Part shown: positions 37,481 to 51,491 of the stretch, one piece after another
Layout: each line of letters opens with the position of its first letter
Position numbering within the stretch: position 1 is the stretch's first letter
DNA from: Harriotta raleighana
Lineage: Eukaryota
Reading direction: 5' to 3'
DNA: 64,000 nucleotides
Assembly (NCBI GenBank): GCA_050575255.1
Contig: JBNZDD010013654.1
Location: forward strand, 3,534,924-3,598,923
The notes under the pieces: model-generated
What the model was told of the DNA's origin: nothing
Database searches by the model: none
What the model saw: only the letters and a program-made list of their open reading frames with translations
Translations under genes and position numbers: made by a program

Positions 37481-40240
37481 AAATCTAATATCTGTAAAAA
37501 AAACATAATTCGAGGGTGGGGGGTGGTGGAGGGGGGCATTGCAGCATTAAAAGGAAATTGGTTTTGTGCAGATCTTCAGTCTGATGAATGATAGGTTTGA
37601 AGTACTGTAATTTCAAATATAGCTTCAGCAATGTGAGAGCCTGGGATACAAGGGCCATCCTTCAGATCATATTTTTATTGTTTGTTTACACTTTGGCTTA
37701 GTTTGCTTCTTTTACTTTTTATGTATAAATACATGTGTGTTCACTACACAGGTGCCTTTGAGCTGAGAGTGCCAATTAGAAAACCTTTACATTTGTGACA
37801 TTGGAGTCTTCACAAAAAGGATTGAAATAATGAATTGACTTTTAAAACTGATCCAATTTGTCATATTTTCCCAAAAGATTAATTGTAATTTATAACAATT
37901 ATTGAACTTGATGTAGCTCTTTCAACCCGGGAGGATGTTTCCAATTATTTTACAGAAACGTATTGTAAGTGTAGTGATTGTGTATTAGTAAGTGAAAATG
38001 CCAAAATACAGCAAATTTTGAAACTTTTCAAGCAAACAACAAGGTGATTCTACAATTGTAAAACACTCTCAGCTCAGCTCAATACACTGCAACAGTTTAT
38101 TCTGTATACGGTCCAAACACATGAACAGGAGGCATTAATATAAAGTTCAAACCACAATGTGACGAGTTTAATGTTAATGGATCTGGAGTTCAAACAGGTT
38201 GACAACCAAACACCTTGACAAGAAGACTACAAAGCAAAACAAAATAATTGGAACGTGGACAGCAAACACCATTGGCCACAGAATACAATATATATGATTT
38301 ACTGATCAATACATTTATTGACCTTGTCAAGCAAGTGCATTTAATTGTGCATTGACCAGCAAATTTACTAATACTCTATTAGAACAATTCCATGTCTATA
38401 TTGAAATCTTGCCACTCCTTGGCCCGCTTCCTGAAATAAAACCGATGTACATATGTGCAATTTTACCTGTTTATAATATTACAAGCAGTGCTCTCTTCTA
38501 AGTGATTTAGTATAAACAACAAAGGGCTCACATTAGATTTAGTAAACGATTGGCTTTAAATCATTCATCTACTATACTGCATAATATTGAAATTCAGGAA
38601 AACAAATCATACACATGTAAGAATAAAATAGATAGCTTGATTTATTCATATGTTTATGCAGTATCTATTATTTTGGCAGCTAAGAAAAATATTTATTGTA
38701 CTGTTGCAAACCAGTCTACAAGATTAGATTCTCATCTGGTAGAGAAGTAAAGTACTGCAACACATGAAGATAAAGAGGATTTTTATATATTGTGACTAGC
38801 AACTGTTAATGCTAGACCAACAAGTGAGTGCTTTTGAATTTTAGGTTCCTCATTTTAAATTAAGGATCGTGCTGACCAAGCTTCTGAAAAACCAACACTT
38901 TGTAAGAAATGATGCAAGGTGGCTCGCTGTAAAAAAAAGTTGCTCCATGCAGATAAAGTGAAAACGGTAGCTTTTGATAACCTGCAGGTTGAGCTTTTTT
39001 AACTGATCTGGTAATACACAGTGGACATGTATTTTAGCAAGCCTTTTCACATTTATTAAAAAATGGTAATTGTGTCTGGTTTCAGCTTTGACCTTTCTGG
39101 TTGGTAATGATACATCAAAGTACATGAAATGTTCATCTAAATTGGAGCTCATTGAAACACCATTCAATGCAGATCCGTATTTGTCATTCAGTTAAAATTT
39201 CAAAGTGCCTGGAGAACTACTTAGAGCAGCTATAAACCTCATCATTATTACATGCGTTTGTTAGCTGCTCCAACTTTTTCTCAGCCAAAGTATTTCAACT
39301 GCAGGTTGTATTGTGTGATGTACAGCATTATTACTGTAACACACATCACATGTTTGTTAAGAAAAACTGAATAGGACACCAAGTCAACATTAGTTTGGAA
39401 CTGGGTTAAAAAAAAACATGTAAGAAGTTAGTATGTTGTATTTAAATTAACTCCATACATAAACAGATCACTATCCAATCTGTTCCTGGGAGAATTCCCC
39501 CATTCCATTCTGATTTGTTTTTGTTCTGTAATAATATTCTCTGTAAATCCATGTTAAAAAAAAAGAATAATCGACCTTACATTTGATATAGCACTTTATC
39601 ACGTCTTCAAGATGTCTCAAAGCACTTCACAGAATATACTGTAAAATGAACTGACTGTATATTTTGAAGGAGAAATGCTGAGGCCAACTGTGTCCACAAA
39701 TGCTGAAAGAATTCATCTTTCAGCTGACCTATGGTTATTATAATTAAAACTAAGATTTTCAGATGACCTATTAAGATTGAAACTGCAGGCTACGTTCTTC
39801 ACTCTTGGTGAAGTTCAATTTGAAGATAAAAGGTTTACTTGGGTGATTCTTTTCTTACTCCAGAAGGTAGTAAAGGAATCTCTAGGAAAGGTCCATGCCT
39901 CCACCAACATGAGAACAATGCTTGATATCCACCATTAACCCCTCCACTACACTGTAACCAAAACTGTATGGCAAATTACCCTCCTATCTGGATGGTTCTA
40001 TACAAATGTAAGTTGTTGTTGTTGTTCATTTCATAATTTTGCTGTTGTTTGCCTTTCCACATCTTCTTTTGGTGATATCAACCACACTCACTATAAATAA
40101 ATGAAAATTGTCTTCATTTCTTTATTTATTGTTTATCTTTATTGTTTATCTTTATTGTTGTTTATTGTAGGGTGTTGCTGCTAACAGCAGTGACTACATT
40201 TCAAAGTAACTCTGATACTTCTAAGTGATAAATTGCCATA

Positions 40241-40479
40241 CAGGTTGACCTCACTTAACGTTGCTTCAGTCGACGTTGTTTCATTATTACGTTGTTAATA
40301 CATATGGGAACATATATCATTTAACGTTGCAACATTCACTATTACGTCATTTGCACGGGTGAAAACCAAAACTATGGGTAGTGTAGGTGTACATAACCCA
40401 TTATTCTTCGCTTATTGTTGTTTTGCTTAAAGTCACACTTTTCGTGAATACAACTGCAAAGTTAAGCAAAGACTAAGTG
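40241..40479. mobile_element. Small Tigger-like MITE with TA target duplication
   Basis: TA-caggttgacctcacttaacgttg ... caaagttaagcaaagactaagtg-TA; internal acgttg repeats. Confidence 0.65.
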
Positions 40480-41721
40480 TATATCAAATTCAAATATTAC
40501 AATGTAAAATGCATTGCATTTGATATAGTGTCTTCACTGAATATACTACAAAGTGAATTGTGAGCAGTGACCCACAAACTGCCATGGAGTGATTGATCAA
40601 TTTTTGTTTGTTACCAGATGATCAGTTGTGTTATGCTAGAGCTTGTAAAACACAATTTTGTATAGCAATAAATAATGAAGTATATAAATATTGTGATCCT
40701 GTGTTACTTTTGGAGTTAAATTGCATATTGTTTTTTCAGAGCTCAAGATTGTCATCATTACTAGCTTCATTCTTGTCCCTTGAGACTAACTGCTGGTGTG
40801 TTGACTGTAGGTGTGAAAGTGCCTTATTTTTAATGGTAGCACGATTTTTGTGACATTTGGAGAACTGGGGACTATTTTTACATATTGTTACAAGTATATA
40901 GTAAAAATGATTTAGCAGTTATGCTTTGAAAATATTCGTAAACTTTGCAGCACCTTATTAGAACATGGCATTTGGTTGCTGCAGATTCTATTTACTGTAT
41001 TTTTTGATGAATGCTAAAATCTGTCTTTTAGTAAAAGAACTTGTGATCTCAGAGGCTTGAACCAAGTGCTTTACAATTGGTCCACTCTTATGCGGCATCT
41101 TCACTACAGCATGAAATTGGTTCAATACTTTAGTAAATCAGTCAGTTATAAAAAACATTTCTGTCTAGCATTGCAAAGTAGGATAGAGATAGAAATTTGG
41201 GCAGGAGGCCAAGTAATAACGTAAAAGGTTCTTTGGAAGATTTATGGAAATGTCACATCCACGACAAAGAAGATGATTTTTTTTAGTTATTTGGCTTCTC
41301 ATATTTATTGAAAACCCTTTTAAACCTGTGTAACATATGTAGATAAAACCTGGATCAATTAAAAAGGATTGAGTATATTTCATTTATTCTCAAAATATGT
41401 ATAATTATGAGAGGCATGTTTTACTAAATAGATTCAATTAATCACGCCATGAAATTCAATCCTCTTTTTATTGAGTTTATTAAATTTGAAACAGTGGAAT
41501 ACAGTTTTGAATTCACATGCTGCAGTTATCTAAACATCACTCACTCAATCTCTACTTTTGCAGCTCCTCTCTATTAATTTCAATCTTCCTGAACTATAAC
41601 CTTCTCCACCCCTTCTGAGAGTAGAAACATGAAGTAAACTAAAGCTACAACCTCTCTAACCAGTATCTACTACTATACTTATTTTGTTGCTCTACACATT
41701 GTCTTTTAAAGTTGAATCTAT

Positions 41722-41852
41722 TGAATTGCATGCCGTGCTTCACCCATAAATATAGAGTCAATTCACTTTACAATATATTCTGTGAAGCTCTTTGAGACAT
41801 CTGGAAGATGTAAAAAGCACTATATCAAATGCAAGGATTATTCTTATTATTG
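41722..41852 (+). mobile_element. SINE 3' half
   Basis: agtcaattcactttacaatatattctgtgaagc...ctatatcaaatgcaaggattatt. Confidence 0.8.
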
Positions 41853-42029
41853 TTCAATGTACTGATTCAAAATTATACATTATTTTTCATATCATTACTT
41901 AATCTAACTACTGATTGAAAGGTGCTATACAAATGTGAGTTTGTTGTTGTTGAAGGCATTGGAGTACTCAAGTAGGTTACTGAAAAAAACATTAAAAACA
42001 ATGTTTTCAGTCATTTTTACAATACAATA

Positions 42030-42790
42030 TGAAATTACACCTTTCATATTGAGGGGTTGATGTGCCAAGCCACTGTTCAGTCATGAGCAGGTATGGGGGG
42101 GGGGGGGNNNNNNNGGTGGGGGGGGGGGGGGGAGTGTGGGGATCAGGAAGGACAGAGATAGAAGCACAGTCAAAGAGAAGGGTCTTTATTATCGAGGCAT
42201 GCCTTGAAGGAGGCAAGAGCAGGAGCAAAATAAACAAAATGTTGATGCAGTTTCAGAGGGTGGGGGCAGAGATGCTGAAGGCTCGACCACCAATGGTGGG
42301 GTGGAGTGGGCGGGGGACATGAAGCAGGCTGATGCCTCCTGAACGGAGAGTGTGGACGGTGGATAAGGGGTTCGCTGATTGGAGAGGGGGGAGGGGGCAA
42401 GCCCATAAAGGGCCTTTAAGATGAGAATGAGGAATTTAAACTTGATGCTCTGAGGCATGAGGAGCAAATGGAGCCAAATGAGGGTGTGCTGAGCCTGGTG
42501 CAGGAGAGAAGATGAGCTGAAGAGTTTTGGATGATCTGTAGACATGTAAATGAAAACATGTATGAGGATTTTAGTGGCATGTGCGGTGAGGCAGTTGCAA
42601 CTGGGTGGTAAGGAGAGAGGTAGGAATGGGGTTGAGTAAGCAGGTGGTGGACTTCATGTGAGTTATAATGGTAATGAGAGAGGAGCTGGAGACGGGTTCA
42701 AAGGTATAGAGGGAGAGATGAGTAAGGGCTGGAGTGTGAAGGAGAGAAGGGAAGGAGGTGGTGGTTGGGACCGTGGAGGCAGCTAAACAG
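42030..42790 (-). mobile_element. L2 3' fragment containing a poly-G/N gap (about 42094-42132)
   Basis: IWLHLLLMPQSIKFKFLILILKALYGLAP in ORF 42189-42545. Confidence 0.8.
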
Positions 42791-43149
42791 ATCCCCTTAA
42801 TTTTGGTCTTGAGGAAATATGTGGTCCAACCAGATCTGCCAGTTATCCATTAAATCAAATTTGAGCCAGCTGTGGCAATATCATCTAACTTTTGAGTGAG
42901 GAGAGGTGGCTGGTGTACAGGGATGGTATTTGTAGCATGTTATAATGTAGCACATTGCAGAAAATGCATGGACAAATATGTGAAGACAAATATAAAGTTG
43001 GACAGCAGGAAAAACAAAAAATGTATTTTAATATTGCCTTATTACATTGAAATACGTCAATACATTTCACTGGTAATCACTGTCAATTTGTAACTCTTAT
43101 TGAAATTGTGTTTGCAATGTCATGTGAGGACAAGTATAAAATTGGACAG

Positions 43150-43412
43150 CAAGAGAGTAGAATTTGCATTTTGATAGGACCTTATCACATTCCAAAGCAC
43201 TTCCACAGTTCCAGAGGTTGGGGGCAGAGTGGCTGAAGGCTCACCCGCCAATGGTGGGGCAGGTGGGTCGGGGGACGTGAAGCAGGCCAGAGCCTGCTGA
43301 GCAGAGGGGGCGGGCAGGTTGGCAAAGTAGTAGGAGGTCACAGATTTAGGGTGGGGCTCAAAGTGCTTCGCAGAATGTACTGTAAAGTGAATTGACTGTA
43401 TATTTGTGGGCG
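43150..43412 (-). mobile_element. Mosaic of L2 fragment and SINE tail pieces
   Basis: ttccagaggttgggggcagagtggctgaaggctc flanked by SINE-tail sequence. Confidence 0.65.
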
Positions 43413-44319
43413 AATCTGATCATTGTAGTTGTGAATGATAACCCAACTGAGCTGCCAATATTTGTGAAGCACTTGACTTACACGCTTAATGCCATTCTTA
43501 TTCCTGATTTTGGATGCCTGCATTCAATAAGTAGTTAATGGAGTGCAGAGGAAAAGTGGAAGATTTTTGAGTTAGTTCGTATTGGCTTCTTACAATGGGA
43601 AAACAAGAGTATTCAACAAAATATGAATTACTGTAGTTTTTCTGCTCAGTTAAATTTACAGGTAGATAATATGCAATATAGGAATTTACTAGACAATAGG
43701 TTACAGATTCATGATTGGGAACAGATTCTGGGAAACATTTCTAATAACAAAAGCTAAACAGCAGCTATAATTATTAAGACATGTGGTCGAAGCCAGGATA
43801 TTGAGCTCACATAAGAATAACTTAATGCTATTTTGGGAAGATATCAGTTTTAGTATTCTATAAAGATAAGATCAAGTCGGTCAAAAGGGGTTCTTACAGT
43901 TAGAATAATTATATTGCCTACAAAAAAATCTAATTCCTTTTATTGGCTTTTCAACCACTTGAGTCTATTTACATTTCATTCACTGTAAATAATATGCATT
44001 CCTGATATTTAGAATTTTGTCTGATTCAATTTTTGGAGCTATTCTGAACAACTTCAAATATTTGCATGACACATTTACTTCAAACTTATACAGATAATTC
44101 ATTTAAATTTTTTTATGTGTGTGTAAATAGTGCATTGTTGCAGCTTTTGACCCCGGGTAAAGTGAGTTACTTGTAATTACAAAGACAATTTTTCAGGCTT
44201 TTATGGATGTAAAATAAAATTGAATCAGAACTCTTTCCAACTGCAAGGGTTTTGGTACATGAATAAAATGTTACAAACTGAACATTCATCTGAAGTTTGC
44301 TGTACAGTTCATTATTACT

Positions 44320-44650
44320 GAAACAACATAGAATAACTTTGGATGATATAAAAGGTAATGACATGCATACTTCAAAATATTTAGACGCTGCCATTGGCAT
44401 CAAAGCTGGAACCACATTAGCATGGAGATATACTGAGGAATCAAGAGCAATCTCTTTGACTTCACATGGGTTGATTTATGAGAATATATATCAGTTTAAC
44501 ATGGATAAAATCATCAAATCGTACTACAGGTAAGAGTTATCACAGCCTTACAATTGAATTATGCAAAACACTTTGAAAAATGGAGGAAAATTAGTCCATA
44601 AAATACAATGAATGTTGTAGGGATTCATGAGTATCGCAAGGAACATATTA
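44320..44650 (+). mobile_element. Very old RTE-like LINE RT remnant
   Basis: ITLDDIKGNDMHTSKYLDAAI resembles ITLxGEKLExVxxFKYLG; EESRAISLT resembles WKSRSISL. Confidence 0.4.
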
Positions 44651-44989
44651 TAAATTCCTATGATTTCCATACTATTTGATAATTTAGCCTGTCCCTCCAG
44701 CGCAAACACGTGCCTTCTTTTAGATCAGGTCTAATCCAGAAATAACCCATCTGCTTTGAGCCTTGTGAGACTTGTTATCCTTGAAGCAGAATTGATGTCT
44801 AGTAGAAGAGGACCACAACTTAATTCAGTCAGTTTCTTCTTCTGCAGAATTCACGGCCTTCTAATTGTGATCTAAAATAGCAAGTGACATTTTAAAGATA
44901 ACATTTATAAATGAATGTCCATTTAGTATTCATTTCTACTTTGACCAAAATTATATTTCACAGCAGAACACAACAGAAGAAAGAGAAAT

Positions 44990-46613
44990 ATTGCTTTGAC
45001 CCTCCTAACCAACATCATCAACCTCTCCCTGTACACTGGCACTATTCCCACCTCTCTATAAACATCTGTCATCACCCCCATTCTGAGAAAACCTTCCCTG
45101 GACCCATCCCTACACTCCAGCTACCACCCTATCTCCAACCTTCCATTTCTCTCCAAGGCTCTGGATTGAGTTGTTGCATACCAACTTCACTGCTTTTCTT
45201 CTCGTCATTCCCTCTTTGAACCCTGATAATCCAACATCCATGCTGCTCATAGCATGGAGACAGTCCTGATCAAAGTCTCTAATGACATTTTAAGAATCTG
45301 TGATTAGGACTCTTTCTGCCTCCTAGTCCTCCTTGATCTCTCTGCTGCCTTCGATGCTGTCAACCACTCCATCCTCCTACATCGCCTCTCCACCCAGCTC
45401 AATCATCAGGGACCTCCCTCGCCTGGTTCAACTCTTACCTCTCTCATCATCTCCACTTTGTCGCCAATGGCTTCTCCTCCAGCTCCTGGACTATCACCTG
45501 TGACTTCCTGTAAGGCACTGTCCTTGGCTGCCTACTTTGGAATATCTACATGCTCCCACATGTGATGTCCTCCCAATGTGAAAGGCGCTCTATCAATGTA
45601 ATTTTATTGTTGTTGTTGTTGACATCATCTGCAGACATGGGGTCAACATTTACATGTAAGTGGGTGACACCTAACTCTATCTTTCTGTCTCTACCCACGA
45701 TTCCAGGACAACTGCTATCCTGACAGCCTGCTGGTAGACATCGTCCTGGATGAGAGCTACCTTTCTACAGTTGAATGTCAACAAAACCGAGGCCCTCTTG
45801 ATTGGCTTGTACCCACCAGCACCTTCACATATCAGGCACCAGCAGCATCAACCTCCATGGTTGCATACTCCACATCACCAAGGCAGTCAGGAACCTAGGT
45901 GTCTTGTTTGGTCCTCAACTGTCTTTCCTCCCCCACATCCAACCATGACCCGCTCTGCCTTCCCTCACCTTCGCAACATTGCTCGACTCCACCACTACCT
46001 CACCCATCAAGTCGCCTTCATCACATGTAGGCATGACTAAGCCAAAGCCCTGCTTGTGAGCCTTCCCAACACCTCCCTCCATAGATTGCAGATCATCCAG
46101 AACTCTGCGGACTGTGTCCTCTACCGCTCCAGGGTTCTTGACCCCATCTCCCCCATTCACTGACTCCATTGGCTCCCCATTACCCAGAGTATTCAATTCA
46201 AGATCCTGGTCCTTACTTTCAAAGCCCTCCATGGCCTTACTCCATCCTACATTTGCAACCTCCTAACCCGCTACCATCCTTCCCTCTCCCTCCGCTCAGC
46301 GGGCTCCGGACTGCTCCATGTCCCACGACCCACCTGCCCCACCGTCAGCAGGTTGAGCCTTCAACTACTCTGCCCTTAACCTCTGGAATACCATCACAGA
46401 GTCGCTCTGCCTCACCCCCTCTGCCTCATCCTCTCCTCAAGTCCCGCCTCAAGACCTTCCTCTTGGATGGTCCAATTGGTAACCCAATTCCTCTCCTTTC
46501 CCTCCATTCACCCGATCCTGAGCCCAGCTCAGGTTTGAAACACTGACTGTCCAGAATCTTAGGAAATCCTCCCGACGTGAAACACACTATATAAATGTAA
46601 TTTTGTTGTTGTT
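44990..46613 (+). mobile_element. Longest L2 copy (~1.6 kb RT pseudogene) with a nested solo tail at about 45563-45620
   Basis: LVLLDLSAAFDAVNHSILL at about 45323-45380, MRATFLQLNVNKTEALLIG, LKSRLKTFL, complete tail. Confidence 0.92.
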
Positions 46614-47459
46614 AATTCAGTCATCCTCCATTCATTATTTCACATCATGCATATTAGTCACAGTTAACTTGGATTCCTCAAATTTAATTACAGGAATATT
46701 GTTAATATCAGAATGGAATGATGGCAATAGATTGCATGGTTGCTTGCAATAATTCTGCTGATGATTGAACACGCATCCCTTTGTGCCTCTGTATCTTGGG
46801 GAATTAATATTTACATCAGCAATGGTGTTTCTGCTGTAATCTCCTTGGTTTGTTTACCAAACAAAGTGTGGGTGGGAGTGAAGTGGATGTATATCATTGT
46901 GCAGGTACTTTCAGTTTGTACATCTTTTGAAGGCAGTTGAGTATTATGCTCCTTCATGTCATCTGAACAACTTTAAGGTGTATCACGGCAGATAATGTAC
47001 TGTGTATATATAAAACGCAAAGAAATTGGATTAAAAAGTAAAGCGCTACCTTGAAATAATAAAATGGCAGAACAAACTCAATGGGCAAAATGCCCAACTC
47101 ATGTTCCTCTGTTCCAAGATGCAAACTTCCAATTCACTGGAAATGTGATTATTGCCTATTTATGGCTCTTCTCAGTCTTTTACAAATAAAACATGCTTTT
47201 TGGAAATGTAAAATCAGAAGTTTTATTTATTAACCAATATGAAATCACTTGTGGTCACGTATTTATGGCACCTAGTGGAAACAATGCGGTGATTAATCAC
47301 TGTTGCATAAGATTTTTTCATCTTAAATGCAGATTCTTTTATTTCTGGTGCTCATAAATTTCCCAAACTGTTAATTCCTTACTGTTATTTTGTAAATTGC
47401 TTCAATTATTAAATTTCGTAAGTTTTCTGAGGGCATCACAATTACGAGACGCTCTAGTT

Positions 47460-47676
47460 CGGTTTCCACAGCAAGAATACACATGCAAGACTGCATAAGA
47501 GAGCACAATCTCTTCACCTTGTCCCCTCTGTCCGCATCTTCAGATTGCACCTGAGTACCTTGCAATTCGACCATATCTTTGATCACCTTCCGTTCCATCC
47601 AGCTTGACAATGTGCTCCATCACTGTCAAGTGCTCTGGGACAGGCACTATATAAATGCAAGTTTTTGTTGTTGTTT
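47460..47676 (+). mobile_element. Older L2-type 3' end
   Basis: agtgctctgggacaggcactatataaatgcaagtttttgttgttg. Confidence 0.5.
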
Positions 47677-48032
47677 CCAAGCAGCTCAAGGCTTGAACCT
47701 ATCTAAAGGTTCTATTGTTCTTGATCATATGTGAAAAAAAATGTGTCTTGAGTGATTTGAATTATTTATTTTCCTGAGCCTCATTATCTATTGAGTAGCC
47801 TTTGCAGTAACAAATCTTATTGTATTTAGGCCCTCTGAATCCAAACCAAGTTTATAGCTGCAAACAGCAACCTACCCTGGAAACAACTCATTATAAAAAG
47901 GCTAATTTTGCTGGTTCCAATTTTCTATCGACTTAACTCTTGGATGGATCACCTGTTTGCCCTCTCGTGTCTACTGTTTGAAAAGCCACAGCTTCAGAGT
48001 CAAATCAGTGTACTGACAGATGTGGAAAGAAA

Positions 48033-48212
48033 ACAATAATAAATTGTTCATTTCAATCCAAGACTGTTTGTGGGACACTATTGTGCGCAATTGGCTACTG
48101 CATTTCACCCACAAATATACAGTTAATTCACTGAACAGTATATTCTGTGAAGCACTTTGACATCTAGAAGGCATGAAAAGTGCTATATCAAGTGCCCAGG
48201 GATTTTTATTAT
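48033..48212 (+). mobile_element. SINE 3' two-thirds
   Basis: catttcaatccaagactgtttgtgggacac...tgctatatcaagtgc. Confidence 0.85.
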
Positions 48213-49886
48213 TAAACTTGAAATAGATTAATTCTTTAAAAAAATTCCTTGCATTTTTTGTGACTATTATATTTATTAATACCACAGAGTCTTCTGTNTC
48301 AAGTGCCCAGGGATTTTTATTATTAAACTTGAAATAGATTAATTCTTTTAAAAAATTCCTTGCATTATTTGTGACTATTATATTTATTAATACCACAGAG
48401 TCTTCTGTAATGTTCACTGACNATATCTGTAGATGAATGCAGCAGCCAATTTTGCATCCAAAATGTTGCATGTCCTTTATCTGCTGAACATTTATTTTTT
48501 CTCAGAGATTGTTGGCCAGGAGACCAGAAGAAACTACCTTCTCTTTAATGAACTCTTTAATATCCATGAACTCTTATTTTTAACTTTATTACTTTTATCT
48601 TTATATAACTTTTAAGATATTAGCATTCAGATGAGCATGCAGAAGCCATTATGGTTTGTTAACGTCTCAGCTGGAAAACGGCATCTCCATCCTTGCGACT
48701 CTCCCCCACTATGTAAATTTTCAGTTAAAGGAAGTGCTAAATCTTGTTCATTTAATTTGATAGTTTAAAGCATTTTTGTTTTCTAGTTCCCCAAATCTCA
48801 CGATTTAATCGGGATATTGTTGAGAAAGACTTGCACAATAGTGACTAAATAGCATTACATGTATCATTCTGTGGGTAGTGGGGTCCTGTTGAATTTCAAT
48901 GGGCTGGAAAATAAGATTTGCTGATTCTCATTGGAACACCTTATCATGCTCTGCTGAGTAACTGGTTGCCTCAGTGACTTTATCTGCTGAAAAGTTTGGA
49001 TCCTTTCTGTTTACATGATTAAAGCTATACCAATAAGCACTAATTCACATGCTGCAGGCATTTTGACATTTTCTCAAAAGCTTTCAACCTTCTGATCAGA
49101 TGAAGTAGATTCATCAGCATATAACCTCTGATGCCGATAATTAATATTATCTGGTTCTGCACCAGCTCTTTTGACTTATTGTTGAAACTGAAGGATTTTG
49201 TTTTGGATCCAGAATGGCAGCTATCTCTTTACCTTTCTCTGTGCCCATATCAACAAGAGGTCTTCATTGCACAGAATGTTTGCCTTAAGCTCCAATCAAT
49301 TGTTCTTTATTAGTAAAGAACTGACTCTCTATGACTTGTTCTAGGATCACCATTATCTGCCATTGTATATCAATAGCCCGAGCAGAAAGTTGTTAAATCA
49401 TTGCTCCAGTTTCTTGTGAAACTCTCCATTCATATCACAGCAGGTGGGCGATTTACATAATTTAATGCCGCCAAGCTGCATTAACAAACACTTCTTAAGC
49501 AACGATGAAAGATGGGTATGTGATTATTCATGACACTTTTTTTTTAACATGCTCTAAGTTTGAACATGTTGTAAGTTATGCTTTCACCCACAAATGCACA
49601 ATAATTGCACGAAATCCTGTTAAGAATTTTGAGGCATTTTCCTAGTGTGAAAGAGTCTATACCTAACGCGACTGCTACATTTATAAGAGTTAAATTGATC
49701 TAATGCTCATCAATGAAATGTTATTTTTCTGTCTCAATTGTATGTGGGTGTGTGTAGTGGGTATGAGGGTATGTGCTTGTGCGGAGGGAAGCAGCACTAA
49801 TCAATTTGTCTTTCTTAGAGGGTGAGGGGTTGTGGCAAAATACAAATACCCAAAATGAACTACAGTTGTACCATTTAGTTTAACCA

Positions 49887-50215
49887 TAATAATAAATAAT
49901 AATAATAATCATTGCATTTGATATAGCGCTTTTCACATCTTATCGACGTCTCAAGCGCTGCGCAGAATATACCATTAAGTGAATTGACTGTATATTTGTG
50001 AGCAAAACACGGTAGCCAATTGCGCACAGCAGTGACTCACAAACAATCGTGGATTGAAATGACCAATTTTATTATTGTAGGTTTTTTGGACAAATTATTA
50101 TTAAGCATGTGGAGTAAGGAAACTTCTCCAAGGTTTCGTCCTGATCTGACTGAATTTGAACACAGGTCTCATGCTTGTAAGGGAAGTGCTCTAACCACTG
50201 AGCTTTAGGAGCTCC
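49887..50215 (-). mobile_element. tRNA/Deu-type SINE, full length
   Basis: Reverse complement of the consensus, head agctcagtggttagagcact. Confidence 0.9.
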
Positions 50216-50535
50216 ATCTGAATTTGATGCCAACAGATCAAGCTGTGTATAATATATAGATGTTCACTCCATAGCTCTTTGTGGAATTCAAACAGAGCTT
50301 GTTGACTACTCTTTATAGATAAAAATAGTTTTGCTGTGGTTGACTACAAATAAATGATTAAAAAGGAAACAAGTTATTTTCCTGTGTATGTTTAAGTCAA
50401 TAAAAAAGACATTCTGACTTCTGATGAAATCTCTATATATTATGGATGAATTCCAAGTCCTATTAAACTTAGACACCCTCTTGATATGAAAGGCATATCA
50501 AATGTAATCTTGTTGCTGTTGTTGTTTTTGTTGTA

Positions 50536-51193
50536 CAGTAAAACCTTATTTATCCGGCACCCACGGGAACTGGCGAATGGCGGTTAAGCGGTTTTCTGGT
50601 TAAGCGGATTAAAATAAATTTTAAAATTATTTTAACACAGTAGTAACAGATTACCAGCTCCCACCCTGTGCAAACACAGGAAGCTGCCGTCCGCACGCCG
50701 CTAACCCTCAGCGAGGGGAAGGCACGGTCGATTACTGTGAAGCTTTCTTGCGAGGTATTTTGAATTGATTGACTAGGCTGGACTTGCAGAGAGAGAGTGA
50801 GAGTACGCACAAACATTTACATATGCATGTAAACGTTGAACAATACTATATAAATAATAGACTAAATACACTAATAACAGATACTATACTGACAGAATAT
50901 TGTATTGGTACATTATAATTTATACTTAACTTCTACAATGGCTGCCAAATGAGGAAAAAAAAATTGGGAAAACGTCATTTTTTTAACAAATGAGTTTATC
51001 ATGAAAAAAAAAGATAAAAACGGCAGTAGCGCGATTTTAGGCTCAACTAGTTGCTGCCGATATAACTGCAGCAGTACTCACGTGTGGGAATCCATTCATT
51101 AAATGCGTGTTTACTATTCTGATAACTTCCGGTTCATCGAATCGGGACTTTTTTTTTGAGATAGCGGTTGAATGGGTTTTCGAGGTTCTACTA
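50536..51193 (+). mobile_element. Tigger/pogo-like MITE inserted at the end of an L2 tail
   Basis: TA + cagtaaaaccttatttatccggcacccacggga; right end shares gataactt...atcgggacttttt with the 9145 and 20508 copies; ends cgaggttctacta + TA. Confidence 0.8.
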
Positions 51194-51491
51194 TAGTTTG
51201 TTTCTCTTGAGAGAAGTAAATGCTAGGAAGACCAGTCAGTACCAGTACGGAGGATTTTTTTCTCATATCTTCTTCTTTGAATATAGATTTTGTTCTAATA
51301 AGAGTTGCAAGGTGCAGTAAATTATCTATTTTGAAAATTACCCCACAGAGCAGACACCAAGAATACCAATTTTAATGGTAAAAGTTTCATAATGGAGCAA
51401 CTTATGAGACGATAAATTGATCATACACATAATGGCTATTTCTGAGACACTATTGTGTGCAAATTGGTTGTCACATTCACCTACAAAATAC

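Noticed and set aside
42094-42132. Poly-G tract (G-quadruplex candidate)
   Set aside because: Contains Ns and lies in the C-rich L2 3' UTR; length unreliable
44308-44529. Open 222-nt segment bounded by ag and cag|gtaaga (exon-like)
   Set aside because: Peptide is better explained as a degenerate RTE-like RT remnant; weak pyrimidine tract
48188-48408. 110-bp tandem duplication and the 166-aa ORF spanning it
   Set aside because: Single n at 48298 (another at 48422); the ORF reads through X residues and SINE sequence
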